DNA of 48,229 bases. It comes from Fidelibacterota bacterium (lineage in GTDB: Bacteria > Fidelibacterota > Marinisomatia > Marinisomatales > Marinisomataceae). The stretch is from positions 1-48,229 of the forward strand of contig JAAZXT010000006.1 of NCBI GenBank assembly GCA_014240005.1, written 5' to 3'. The notes under the pieces are model-generated. The model did no database searches. It was not told the origin of the DNA and saw only the letters and a program-made list of their open reading frames with translations. The position numbers and the translations under genes are program-made. Within the stretch, counting starts at the first letter, position 1. The number at the start of each line of letters is the position of its first letter. Positions 37,908 through 47,622 of this stretch are shown here, piece by piece.

Positions 37908-38624
37908 TTATCCTTTTCTTGTTATTCTGTCTAAATATTGCTTTTCTTTCTTTGTTAATTCTCTCCATTGACCTTCTTTCAATTGATTCAATGTAATATT
38001 ACCAAACTTTATTCTTTTTAAAGCTATCAACTTAAGACCTGAAAACTTAAATATTCTTCTTATTTCATTCTTTTTACCTTGTCTTAATATCATATTAACA
38101 TGCACTGTATTCTTAATTTTTTCTTGTGATATAATTTTTGCTTTACCTTTTTCTCCCGAACCAATAAAAATACCTTTCTCAATTTTTTTAATAATTTTAT
38201 CATTAATGAATTCATTAGTCTGCGCAACGTACTCTTTTGGTATTTTATTTTTAGGATGAGTCAGGAACTGAGATAGATCTCCATCATTAGTTAACAAAAT
38301 TAAACCTGTGGTATCTTTATCTAATCTACCTACATGATTTAAAAAAGGCTTTCTAGGGATTAAATCAAAAATTGTTTTTCTACCCATTTCATCGCTTCTA
38401 GACGAAATAAATCCTTTAGGTTTATACAAAACTACTGTGGTAGTATTTGAGTTTAAAATAATTTTTTGATCATCTAATCTAATAACATCTTTTAGGGAAT
38501 CAATATCAGCAAAAGGATCCATGACTACCACGTTATTAACAGTAACCATTGCTAATTGAATGGATTCTTGTGCTTTTCTTCTAGAAATAATTCCAGATGA
38601 TGAAATGAATTTAAATAACTTCAT
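37908..38624 (-). CDS. rluB: Pseudouridine synthase, RsuA/RluB family
   Basis: S4 domain (SSSGIISRRKAQESI) and catalytic block HVGRLDKDTTGLILLTNDG. An alternative ATG lies at 38636. Confidence 0.85.
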   Translation of the reverse strand: MKLFKFISSSGIISRRKAQESIQLAMVTVNNVVVMDPFADIDSLKDVIRLDDQKIILNSNTTTVVLYKPKGFISSRSDEMGRKTIFDLIPRKPFLNHVGRLDKDTTGLILLTNDGDLSQFLTHPKNKIPKEYVAQTNEFINDKIIKKIEKGIFIGSGEKGKAKIISQEKIKNTVHVNMILRQGKKNEIRRIFKFSGLKLIALKRIKFGNITLNQLKEGQWRELTKKEKQYLDRITRKG

Positions 38625-39159
38625 TAGTGATTCCATTATCTTCAGAATCTATAATTTCAGAAATCTCACTACTTGTTGGCATTTCAGACAAACTTGTTAA
38701 TCCAAAGTGTTTTAGATATTCATCGGTAGTATTATAAAACAATGCTTTGCCCAACGAATCATCCCTACCTCCTATCTTTATTAGTTTTTTATTCAATAGA
38801 TTTTTTAAAACACCTTTACAGTCCACCCCTCTTATCGATTCAATATCTACTCTTGATATAGGCTGCCTATATGCTACAATTGCCAGAACTTCTAGACTTG
38901 CATTGGATAGCATAAGCTTTTTAGCTGGAATATACTTGGATATAAACGGTTCAAATTCTTTTTTACTAGCAAGCATATATCCCTCTCCTACAGATTTAAT
39001 TTCGAAAGCGTGATTAGAATATTTAATATTAATATCATTAACAACCTCATCTAACAATGGGACATCATGTCCATCAAATACTCTACTTACATCAGATTGC
39101 AAAAGAGGTTCAGATGCAACGAATAATAAAGATTCTATAATTAATTGTTGTTCTTTCAT
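38611..39159 (-). CDS. scpB: Segregation and condensation protein B
   Basis: IESLLFVASEPL and LEVLAIVAYRQPISRVDIESIRGV blocks. Overlaps scpA (ATGA). Confidence 0.9.
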   Translation of the reverse strand: MKEQQLIIESLLFVASEPLLQSDVSRVFDGHDVPLLDEVVNDINIKYSNHAFEIKSVGEGYMLASKKEFEPFISKYIPAKKLMLSNASLEVLAIVAYRQPISRVDIESIRGVDCKGVLKNLLNKKLIKIGGRDDSLGKALFYNTTDEYLKHFGLTSLSEMPTSSEISEIIDSEDNGITNEVI

Positions 39160-39878
39160 GCTGTGATAAGATTTAATTTGATTTCAATATCGTCAAAAGT
39201 CTTTTTTTGTTTACAAATCAATTCAGATTCCTTAATCATATCTAATACAGCCAAAAATGTAACAATAATTTCTAATTTACTTTCTAATTTCTTAATCAAA
39301 GTAGCCAATGAAATCACTTTTTTCTTTTTAAAACTAGAAATAATAAACTGTTTTTGTTCTTGCAACGATAGTGTTTCTCTTGCCAGAGTAAGTGGATTAT
39401 CTTGTGGTGCATTATCAATAGCAGATTGAAAGATTTTTGATATATCAAACAAACTTACTTCGTTCAAAAAGTCTGCAGGACTAGACATTTTTTCAAGAAT
39501 AATCCTATCATTCGGACGATAAAACAAATCTTTATTTTCTTCATGCATTTCTTTTAATTGATATGCAATATTTTTGAAATTTTTATACTGTAATAATTGA
39601 TCTATCAAATTAACTCGCGGGTCATCAATATCTAATCCTTCCTCATCTTGCTGTCTAGGCAATAACATTCTTGTTTTTAATCTCAATAGTAATGATGCCA
39701 TAAAAAGAAACTCTCCGGCTATTGAAACATCTAATTTTTTAGCGGTGTTGAGCACATCAATATATTCTGATGTGATTTTAGAAATTGGAATATCATAAAT
39801 ATCTATTTTATCTCTTTTAATAAAATATAAAAGTAAATCTAATGGTCCTTCAAAATTTTCTAACTTTACATTAAACAC
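39156..39878 (-). CDS. scpA: Segregation and condensation protein A
   Basis: FEGPLDLLLYFIKRDKIDIYDIPI kleisin N-terminal block. GTG start. Confidence 0.9.
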   Translation of the reverse strand: MFNVKLENFEGPLDLLLYFIKRDKIDIYDIPISKITSEYIDVLNTAKKLDVSIAGEFLFMASLLLRLKTRMLLPRQQDEEGLDIDDPRVNLIDQLLQYKNFKNIAYQLKEMHEENKDLFYRPNDRIILEKMSSPADFLNEVSLFDISKIFQSAIDNAPQDNPLTLARETLSLQEQKQFIISSFKKKKVISLATLIKKLESKLEIIVTFLAVLDMIKESELICKQKKTFDDIEIKLNLITA

Positions 39879-39881
39879 TAT

Positions 39882-40850
39882 TTAGACCATTCCAATAGAT
39901 TTTTTGACATTTGATAGCGTATCAGATGCAATCACTTCGGCTTTTTTTCTTCCTATATCCATTAGATCGAAAATATCATCTGGATTATCTAAATAATGCT
40001 GCTTCAAAGCTCTTTGCTTAGAAAAATAATCCATTATATGTTCATATAATTCATTTTTTATGCTCATATACTTTAGGCCTGGCGTGGCATATCTATCTTT
40101 CAGTTCATTTTTTTCATCATCATTTAAAAATAATGCATACATATTGAAAAGGGGTGTATCTGTATCTTTGGTCTCATTCAAACCAGCAGAATCAGTTACA
40201 ATATTCATTATTTGATTTTTCATATACTCTTCACTACCAAAAATAGGAATAATATTATTATAAGATTTGCTCATTTTCTTGCCATCAATTCCAAAAATTA
40301 TCTCGCTATTTTCATCAATATCAATTTCTGGAATAGTAAAAACTGGTCCATGCGTATTATTAAATTTTATAGCAATATCTCTTGTCATTTCTAAATGCTG
40401 CTTTTGATCTTTTCCGACAGGAACAATATCAGATTGGAATGCTAAAATATCTGATGCCATTAATACGGGATAAGCAAACAGTCCCATATTAGGTGTCAGT
40501 CCATTTGCGACTTTATCTTTATAGGATGTTGATCTTTGCATTAAGCCAACGCTTGTAAAATTAGATAATATCCATGTTAACTCTGTCACTGCTGGTACGT
40601 GAGATTGAACCCATACTGTAGATTTTTCAGAATCAAGCCCTAGAGCTAATAAATCAGAAAATGCATTAAATGTATTTTTCTCTAGCTCTTCTTTATTACT
40701 AATAGATGTCAAAGAATGATAGTTGGCGATAAAACAAAACAAATCAGAAGAATCTTGAAAATCAATCATTCTCTTAATCATACCAAAATAATTTCCGATA
40801 TGTAATAACCCTGAAGGTTGTGCTCCGCTTAATATTCTTTTTTTCTTCAT
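39882..40850 (-). CDS. trpS: Tryptophan--tRNA ligase
   Basis: HIGH-type motif (LHIGNYFG) and KMSKS (KKMSKSY). 322 aa. Confidence 0.95.
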   Translation of the reverse strand: MKKKRILSGAQPSGLLHIGNYFGMIKRMIDFQDSSDLFCFIANYHSLTSISNKEELEKNTFNAFSDLLALGLDSEKSTVWVQSHVPAVTELTWILSNFTSVGLMQRSTSYKDKVANGLTPNMGLFAYPVLMASDILAFQSDIVPVGKDQKQHLEMTRDIAIKFNNTHGPVFTIPEIDIDENSEIIFGIDGKKMSKSYNNIIPIFGSEEYMKNQIMNIVTDSAGLNETKDTDTPLFNMYALFLNDDEKNELKDRYATPGLKYMSIKNELYEHIMDYFSKQRALKQHYLDNPDDIFDLMDIGRKKAEVIASDTLSNVKKSIGMV

Positions 40851-40851
40851 T

Positions 40852-41385
40852 CTAATTTCTATTTATAAATAAATAATCTTTCCAGCCTGAATTTCTATCT
40901 TTTACAAACTGATTAAAGTACATGAATCTATTAGGTTTTTTTGGTTGTTTCATCAATTTCATATTTGCTTCTTTCGGTGTTCTATTTCCTTTCCTTGCAT
41001 TACAAGGAGAACAAGCTACAATCAAATTCTTCCATGTATCCGAACCACCTTTATATTTTGGAATGATATGATCAACTGTTAAGCTTGATTTCGACCCACA
41101 GTACTGACAACATGAATTATCTCGAAGTAATAAATTTTTTCTATTCAGAACGACTTCAAGACTGTTATACGATACATATGTTTTTAGCTTTACAACGCTA
41201 GGTACTTTTATTCGAGTCGAAGGAGAATATATATACTGATCATAGTTCATTAGTACATCAACTTTATTTAAAAAATATAAACATAAAGCACGCTTGGAAG
41301 AACAAACTGCAAGTGGTAAATAACTAGCATTTAATACAAGCGTGACATTGTTGTTGATGTTTAGATTTGGATTATTTGTTTTCAT
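40852..41385 (-). CDS. HNH endonuclease-domain protein (177 aa)
   Basis: CQYCG...LTVDHIIPKYKGGSDTWKNLIVACSPCNARKGNRTP. The HNH/Zn-finger core is complete. Confidence 0.8.
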   Translation of the reverse strand: MKTNNPNLNINNNVTLVLNASYLPLAVCSSKRALCLYFLNKVDVLMNYDQYIYSPSTRIKVPSVVKLKTYVSYNSLEVVLNRKNLLLRDNSCCQYCGSKSSLTVDHIIPKYKGGSDTWKNLIVACSPCNARKGNRTPKEANMKLMKQPKKPNRFMYFNQFVKDRNSGWKDYLFINRN

Positions 41386-41509
41386 TCTTTATGAATTTAT
41401 GAAAATAATCACTCACATTTTATAAAAATAACATTAAGATAGCCCAGAGTAAATGCAGGGAATACTAGTGAAATTCTAGAACAGTCTCCGCTACTGTAAT
41501 TATTGATAT

Positions 41510-43099
41510 TTAATCGTCAAATTCCCAAATAATACCAAAAGATAGGAGGCTGTTCATCGGATTGAATAGCTCAGCATTATTGATAGAATAGTCTCCATCA
41601 ACTGGCAATCGATCAAGTGCATTTTTTAATCGTACCGTCAAAAGAACATCTGCAATTGAAATATCTAAATCTAGTCCAATATTATAGCTATCATTATAGT
41701 TTATACTATTATTTGATATAGGCATATTTCTAAAGTAGTCAAAAGAATACTGAGAATGATTAGCCGACAAATATATCAATGAAAGCTTTCCAGCAACTCC
41801 TAGTTTTTTATCAACAAAAGACGTGTTAAAATGATAGTCCATTTCTATTATATCAGATCTATTGGAACTAATAAGACTATCATAAAAATTATGATAATGA
41901 ATTAAATTGATCTTACTTTCTTTTAAAGGTATTGAAATTTTCGTTTTGAGCGACAACATATCATCAGAAAGAAAACGATATCCATCATCTTCAGGAATTG
42001 AAACTTCTCCTAATATGTAATTAGCAGCAACATTATTTGCTTGAATAAATCTTAAACTTGAAACTAAATCAATTTTGGTGCTTAAATAATAGTTTAAAAT
42101 TAATGAATCCCAATTTTCTACTTCTTCATCGTTAAAGCCATTAAATTCATAAGAATCAAAGAGTAATCTAGTAGGCTTATTTTCTCTTTTAATCAAGAAC
42201 TCAACTGAACCGAACGTAGCATTATAGGCAATATTTGGACTGACTTTATCGCCAATATAATCAATACCATACTTTAATTGTCCCAACTGAAGTTTGTTAT
42301 TATTGGATAATTGTAATGTATTCCTACTATATGTTCTTGAGGATACTTTATCTACATAATATTTATTATCTAAAAAAGCCTCTATTGAAATATGCTTACC
42401 ATTAGCTGCCTTCATATTAAATCTATTTCTTTGAATATCTACCTCATGATTAATCGGATATTCAACAATCTTTCTTTCATCGTATTTACTGATATGATTA
42501 ATTGCAACATTATACTTCCAATCATTTTTTACAAAAGAATCTCCAATTGTTAGTGAAAAAAAATCAGAAAATTCTTTATTAATAGATGTATCTAAACCCG
42601 ATTGATTATCAAAAATAAACTTTGAATCTTCTCTAAAATATCCAGCAGAAAAATAAATTTCATGATCTGATACTTTAGTACTATAATCAATTTTATAAAA
42701 TAAACTCAGCGGACTAGAATCTGCATTTGCAAATTCTGAATAATTACCAAAAAAACTTTTCTTCATTCCTAAAAACTGAAAATCACTTTTCTCAGAACGC
42801 TTCTTAAGTCCAATATTTAATCTATCAAAACCATAATCACCAAATTCATATCTAAATTTACTTTTAACATAAATAGAATCAGATGGAAGATTATCAAAAT
42901 TAAAAGAAGAAAATTTATTTTTAAAATACGTTGATGATCTATCGATAAGCAGATTATCAAACTTTTGATCTTTATCCCAAATAATCTGATTATTATTTAA
43001 AATAACTCCAAATTGATTTGAAAGATCATAATGAATATGATTTTGCCCAAATAATATAGATACAGTTATAAGATAAGCTAAAATAAGTTTATTAGTCAT
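41510..43099 (-). CDS. Putative outer-membrane beta-barrel protein (529 aa), unknown family
   Basis: Signal peptide (ILAYLITVSILFGQN) and pervasive alternating hydrophobic/polar strands rich in Y/F/N/S/D. The ATG overlaps the upstream gene stop (ATGA). Confidence 0.5.
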   Translation of the reverse strand: MTNKLILAYLITVSILFGQNHIHYDLSNQFGVILNNNQIIWDKDQKFDNLLIDRSSTYFKNKFSSFNFDNLPSDSIYVKSKFRYEFGDYGFDRLNIGLKKRSEKSDFQFLGMKKSFFGNYSEFANADSSPLSLFYKIDYSTKVSDHEIYFSAGYFREDSKFIFDNQSGLDTSINKEFSDFFSLTIGDSFVKNDWKYNVAINHISKYDERKIVEYPINHEVDIQRNRFNMKAANGKHISIEAFLDNKYYVDKVSSRTYSRNTLQLSNNNKLQLGQLKYGIDYIGDKVSPNIAYNATFGSVEFLIKRENKPTRLLFDSYEFNGFNDEEVENWDSLILNYYLSTKIDLVSSLRFIQANNVAANYILGEVSIPEDDGYRFLSDDMLSLKTKISIPLKESKINLIHYHNFYDSLISSNRSDIIEMDYHFNTSFVDKKLGVAGKLSLIYLSANHSQYSFDYFRNMPISNNSINYNDSYNIGLDLDISIADVLLTVRLKNALDRLPVDGDYSINNAELFNPMNSLLSFGIIWEFDD

Positions 43100-43971
43100 T
43101 TTTGACTCATAACATTAACATGTGAATCCATATAATTAATCGTATGCAATAGAACTGCTTCCAAGGTTTGAGGTTCAACAGGACTTTGCCATTCTTTTCT
43201 ACCTTGATAAGATAAGATTAAATGCTCTAGTCTTATTTTATCTTCATCGGGGAAACGTTTGACTTGCCTAATATAATTATTAACGATATCTCTAGATAAA
43301 ATAGCGTTACCTATCAATCGTCTTTCATTTGATTTGGGTTGAGAAAATCCCATATTAATTGAATATAATTTTCCAATTTGATGTAAACAAGCGCCTGTTA
43401 AAAGTAAATCTATATCTACTTTATAATGCTTTCCTAAAATTTTAGAAATTTTAATCAATGAAACAGTTTGCTCAATCAAACCGCTTTGATAATTGTACTG
43501 ATATGAAATGCTAGCTGGATAAATCTGAAATTTTTGTTTATGGTCTACTAATATTTTCTTTACCAATTGCTTTAAATGAATTTTAGAGATTTGATCAATT
43601 TCCTTAATCAAATGACTCCATAATTGTTTTGGATTCTTTTTCGAACTTGGTATTAAATCGGATGAACTAAAACCATACTTTGCATATTTTTCAATAGATG
43701 CTCTAGTAATATTCTTTATTTTAATAAAAATACTATCACCATATTTATAGGTACTACCTTTAATAGCAACAGGATTTCCTACATCAAATTTTTTTGATAA
43801 AGATTCTACATTATCCCATATACGAGCTCTTATTAATCCTGATTTATCTTGTAATAGTAAATCGAGATAAATAGAGCCGTCTTTCTTTCTTCTCAATTTT
43901 TTTTCTATGCAAAGATAGAAGCCTTGAAGTTTCATTCCAGAAACTAGATTACTAATGAGAATTGATTTCAT
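43096..43971 (-). CDS. YhaM-like OB-fold + HD-domain protein with degenerate metal-binding residues
   Basis: The N-terminal OB block (DGSIYLDLLLQDKSGLIRARIWD) and C-terminal blocks are collinear with YhaM-type 3'-5' exoribonucleases. However, LHDxGK reads CLHQIGK and LSHHG reads LSYQG. Confidence 0.6.
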   Translation of the reverse strand: MKSILISNLVSGMKLQGFYLCIEKKLRRKKDGSIYLDLLLQDKSGLIRARIWDNVESLSKKFDVGNPVAIKGSTYKYGDSIFIKIKNITRASIEKYAKYGFSSSDLIPSSKKNPKQLWSHLIKEIDQISKIHLKQLVKKILVDHKQKFQIYPASISYQYNYQSGLIEQTVSLIKISKILGKHYKVDIDLLLTGACLHQIGKLYSINMGFSQPKSNERRLIGNAILSRDIVNNYIRQVKRFPDEDKIRLEHLILSYQGRKEWQSPVEPQTLEAVLLHTINYMDSHVNVMSQK

Positions 43972-43978
43972 TTAAAAA

Positions 43979-44443
43979 CTAACTTTTAGGATGATTACAC
44001 TGAGTACCCGTACAGGTAGCAGATAATTGATGAACTCTTTTTGTAACTTTGAGATTGAGATCTTTAGCAATTTTATCTTCAATCTTTGATATACTGTTAT
44101 CAAAAAACTCAAAAATTTCTCCGCAATCTTCGCATACAATGTGATCATGCTGTGGGGTAATAGATTTTTTATTATGCTCATATAAAAATCTACCATCATC
44201 TAAAGTGAGTTTTTTTAATAAGCCGTGTTTTACAAACACATCAATTGTTCTATATAAAGTTGCTCTTGAAACATTGATTTTTTTCTTTTTAAGAGAGTGA
44301 AGAATAGTCTCGATATCTCTGTGCTTGTTTGTTCCAGATAATTCATCCCAAATATCTAAACGCTGTTTTGTAGCTCTGAGACCTTCAGTCTTTAAGACTG
44401 ATTCAACTTCTATATGAAATCTACATGGTATTAAATTTTGCAT
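43979..44443 (-). CDS. Fur-family metalloregulator
   Basis: Winged-helix N-terminal domain (RATKQRLDIWDEL), then HDHIVCEDCG and a C-terminal Cys pair (ATCTGTQC). Confidence 0.85.
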   Translation of the reverse strand: MQNLIPCRFHIEVESVLKTEGLRATKQRLDIWDELSGTNKHRDIETILHSLKKKKINVSRATLYRTIDVFVKHGLLKKLTLDDGRFLYEHNKKSITPQHDHIVCEDCGEIFEFFDNSISKIEDKIAKDLNLKVTKRVHQLSATCTGTQCNHPKS

Positions 44444-44455
44444 TCTTCAAATTAC

Positions 44456-46624
44456 CTAATCTATTTTTTTTAGTCTAGCATATTTAACGATAAGCTTTTT
44501 TCTTAATCCGCCATCAAATTCAACACCAACTTTTTGATTTTCACCGGTTCCACTTAATACTAGAATGGTACCGACACCAAAAAGATTATGTTGTACTTGA
44601 TCGCCTTTTTTGAAATCATCAAATTGTGTGACGGTTCTAGATATTTGAAATGTTTTTTTACCACCAGAACGTACGAATCTTTTTATCCTAACTGTTTTAT
44701 AAGGCTTAACCTTTATTACATCTTTATCAATTTCATTTAAAAAATCAGACTGTCTAAAAGATGATCTCTTTAATCCACCAAACGTTCTTCTTTGCTGCGC
44801 ATTTAGCAAATAGACTCTCTCCATTGCTCTTGTTACTGCAACATAAAACAGTCTTCTTTCTTCTTCTAATTGATCCGAAGGATCATCATCGCGTATCAAA
44901 GGAAACAGGCCTTGCTCCAAACCAGAAACAAAAACTGTAGGAAATTCTAATCCTTTTGCTGTATGGATTGTCATAAGTGCCACATGTGACTTACTATTAT
45001 CATATCCATCCAGATCGGTATAAAGCGCTATTTCCTGTAAAAAATCTCTCAAATAAGCACCGGGATTTTTTTCAGAAAAATGATCAACGCTCGATTTTAA
45101 TTCTTGAATATTGTTATAACGGTCTTGTTCTGCAGGATTGTTTTTATAATAATTCTCAATATTAAATTCTTCTAACAAAACACGTATCAATTCTTTGCAA
45201 TCTAAAGTTTCTAATAAATCGTGAAATTTATTAATTGATAAATAAAACTGTTCAATTGAATCTTGCTGTTTTCCTCTCAATTTTATATCCCTACAAGACT
45301 TTAAACTCTCAAATAATGAAATGCCTTTTTCTGATGCTAAATCATTAAAGATAGTAATAGATTTTTCACCAATCCCTCTAACTGGAAAATTGATAATTCT
45401 TTTTAATGCAATATTATCATTCGGATTACATACTAAGGTTAGATAAGCCAGAACGTCTTTAACTTCTTTTCTGTCATAAAATTTAGTACCTCCAACAATA
45501 CGATATGGAAGACCTTCTCTAATCATGGTTTGCTCAATTATTCTAGATTGCGCATTTGTACGGTAGAGTATAGCAAAATCATTAAATGGAGTTTTATTAA
45601 TTTTAATTTCTTTTTTTATAGAATCGCATATTGCATTGGCCTCATCTTCATCGCTTCCAGTAGAGATAAGTGAAATCTTTTCTCCTAGATCTTTAGTAGC
45701 AACTAATTTTTTCTCAGCTCTATTAATATTATTTTTAACTACAGACCACGCACCATCAAGAATACGCTGAGTAGATCTATAATTTTTTTCTAACTTAATT
45801 TCTACAGCTTTTGGGAATGTATCCTTAAAGTTTGTTAGGATGTTATCAATATTTGCTCCTCTCCAACCGTAAATAGATTGATCATCATCTCCTACAACCG
45901 TAATATTTTGATGTTTACCACCTAAAAGACTAATTAATTCAAATTGGGGTGAATTAGTATCTTGAAATTCATCGACTAGTATATATTTCCATAACTGTTG
46001 ATATTTTTTTAGCAAAGCATTGCTATGCTTAAATAATTTAAGAGGCATTCCAATTAAATCATTAAAATCTACAGCATTATTAGACAATAATAATTCTGAG
46101 TATCGCTTATACACTTCTGCAATTTTTTTATCTTCAAAACTGTTCGCTTTAGATTCTACCTCTTCTACTGACATAGAAGCATTTTTAAACTTATCAAGCT
46201 GTGAACGAAGAAAATTGATATTCAACTCTTTAGACTCTGTAATATTTAATTCCTCTCTTACTTCTTTTAATAAAGCTTTTTGATCAGAAACATCATAGAT
46301 AGTAAAGCTGCTATTATACCGATCATCTAAATAACTAATATGTTTTCTTAGAATTCTTGCTCCGATTGAATGGAACGTTCCAACATTTACATTATCACAA
46401 TTAACGCTCTCTTGAATGCGCTCTTTCATTTCAGATGCAGCTTTATTAGTAAATGTCAGAGCTAAAATCTCATTGGGACTATAAATCTTGTCTTTAATTA
46501 AATGCCATATCTTGTAAGTTAAAACTCGAGTCTTTCCAGTCCCGGCACCCGCAAAAACAAGGACGGGATGTTTAACAGTTTTTACAGCTTTAAGCTGCTG
46601 AGCATTTAAATCGCCTAAGTTCAT
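44456..46624 (-). CDS. pcrA: ATP-dependent DNA helicase, UvrD/PcrA/Rep family
   Basis: Walker A AGAGTGKT, DEFQDTN, YRSTQ, TIHTAKGLEF and VAVTRA, plus a C-terminal Tudor-like tail. Confidence 0.9.
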   Translation of the reverse strand: MNLGDLNAQQLKAVKTVKHPVLVFAGAGTGKTRVLTYKIWHLIKDKIYSPNEILALTFTNKAASEMKERIQESVNCDNVNVGTFHSIGARILRKHISYLDDRYNSSFTIYDVSDQKALLKEVREELNITESKELNINFLRSQLDKFKNASMSVEEVESKANSFEDKKIAEVYKRYSELLLSNNAVDFNDLIGMPLKLFKHSNALLKKYQQLWKYILVDEFQDTNSPQFELISLLGGKHQNITVVGDDDQSIYGWRGANIDNILTNFKDTFPKAVEIKLEKNYRSTQRILDGAWSVVKNNINRAEKKLVATKDLGEKISLISTGSDEDEANAICDSIKKEIKINKTPFNDFAILYRTNAQSRIIEQTMIREGLPYRIVGGTKFYDRKEVKDVLAYLTLVCNPNDNIALKRIINFPVRGIGEKSITIFNDLASEKGISLFESLKSCRDIKLRGKQQDSIEQFYLSINKFHDLLETLDCKELIRVLLEEFNIENYYKNNPAEQDRYNNIQELKSSVDHFSEKNPGAYLRDFLQEIALYTDLDGYDNSKSHVALMTIHTAKGLEFPTVFVSGLEQGLFPLIRDDDPSDQLEEERRLFYVAVTRAMERVYLLNAQQRRTFGGLKRSSFRQSDFLNEIDKDVIKVKPYKTVRIKRFVRSGGKKTFQISRTVTQFDDFKKGDQVQHNLFGVGTILVLSGTGENQKVGVEFDGGLRKKLIVKYARLKKID

Positions 46625-47622
46625 CGATTCTCTCTTTTATACTGCTTGTACAGACTCTTTGCTTCTAAATGATCTTTCTGATTAGTAGTAAATATATGAG
46701 AACCATCACCTTGTGCTACAAAATATAAATAATCCGTATCAGCAGGATATAACGCCGCTCTAATCGATTCTAATCCAGGATTATTAATAGGTCCAGGAGG
46801 TAGTCCGTAATTTAAATAAGTGTTATATGGAGAAATGCGTCTTAAGTCTTTATTGCTTAGCGCTTTTGGATGACCTGGTATTAAATATTGTATAGTTGGA
46901 TCTGCTTGCAATTTCATTCTTTTCTTTAGTCGATTGTGATAGACTGAAGATATCATAGATCTCTCTTTATCTAATAAAGCTTCTCCTTCTATAATCGACG
47001 CTAAAGTTACAACCTCATGTACCGTAAATCCTAGCTCATTTGTGCGTTCTATGAATGTTTTATTAAAGTTCTTCCAGAACTCGTTAATCATGGTAGTAAC
47101 AACTTCACGATTGCTTGTGTCTTTAAAAAAATAATATGTATCCGGGAAAAGATATCCTTCTAAAGAAGAGGCTTGAATATCAAACTCTGCAATAAATCTT
47201 TGATCTTTAAACAATGGAACATAATCATCAGATGCATCAAATAAATTATTTGCCTTTAGAAATATTTGCTCCGATGATAAACCTTCAGGAATTGTTAATT
47301 TTAATCGAATTGGACCTTCTTTAAAAATTGTATTAATGATATCTTTGCTACTAACCTTCCCTTCAACAGCAAACGTTCCAACTGGTATTTTATCGGATAA
47401 GCCAAGAAAATAAACTCGATACTTAAAAAAAGATTTATTGTGAATAATCTCTTTTTCATGCAAAAGATTGGTCACAGTATTTAATGACATCCCTTTTTCA
47501 ATCACAAAAATAGTTTTATCAACCTCTTGATTCGAAGTAAAAAATATGCTCGCTCCAAGAAGACTGAGGGTGAAAAACAGTCCAAGCACTAAATCACGAC
47601 TACTATTATTATTGGCTACCAT
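46621..47622 (-). CDS. mltG: Endolytic murein transglycosylase MltG (YceG-like)
   Basis: N-terminal TM, then LASIIEGEA (catalytic Glu context) and YNTYLNYGLPPGPINNPG. The track start 47661 is TTG; ATG 47620-47622 is preferred. Confidence 0.85.
   Translation of the reverse strand: MVANNNSSRDLVLGLFFTLSLLGASIFFTSNQEVDKTIFVIEKGMSLNTVTNLLHEKEIIHNKSFFKYRVYFLGLSDKIPVGTFAVEGKVSSKDIINTIFKEGPIRLKLTIPEGLSSEQIFLKANNLFDASDDYVPLFKDQRFIAEFDIQASSLEGYLFPDTYYFFKDTSNREVVTTMINEFWKNFNKTFIERTNELGFTVHEVVTLASIIEGEALLDKERSMISSVYHNRLKKRMKLQADPTIQYLIPGHPKALSNKDLRRISPYNTYLNYGLPPGPINNPGLESIRAALYPADTDYLYFVAQGDGSHIFTTNQKDHLEAKSLYKQYKRENR

Noticed and set aside
43972-44199. 75-aa minus-strand ORF overlapping the fur-family gene
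   Set aside because: It is an alternative frame of the Fur CDS. The Fur frame has clear family motifs (HDHIVCEDCG), and this frame has none.
40852-46624. HNH nuclease plus UvrD-family helicase as a possible defence system
   Set aside because: The two genes are separated by three unrelated genes. The helicase has the full PcrA/UvrD housekeeping architecture including the C-terminal Tudor-like tail, and the HNH protein is coupled to trpS. No methylase, ATPase or other defence partner is present.
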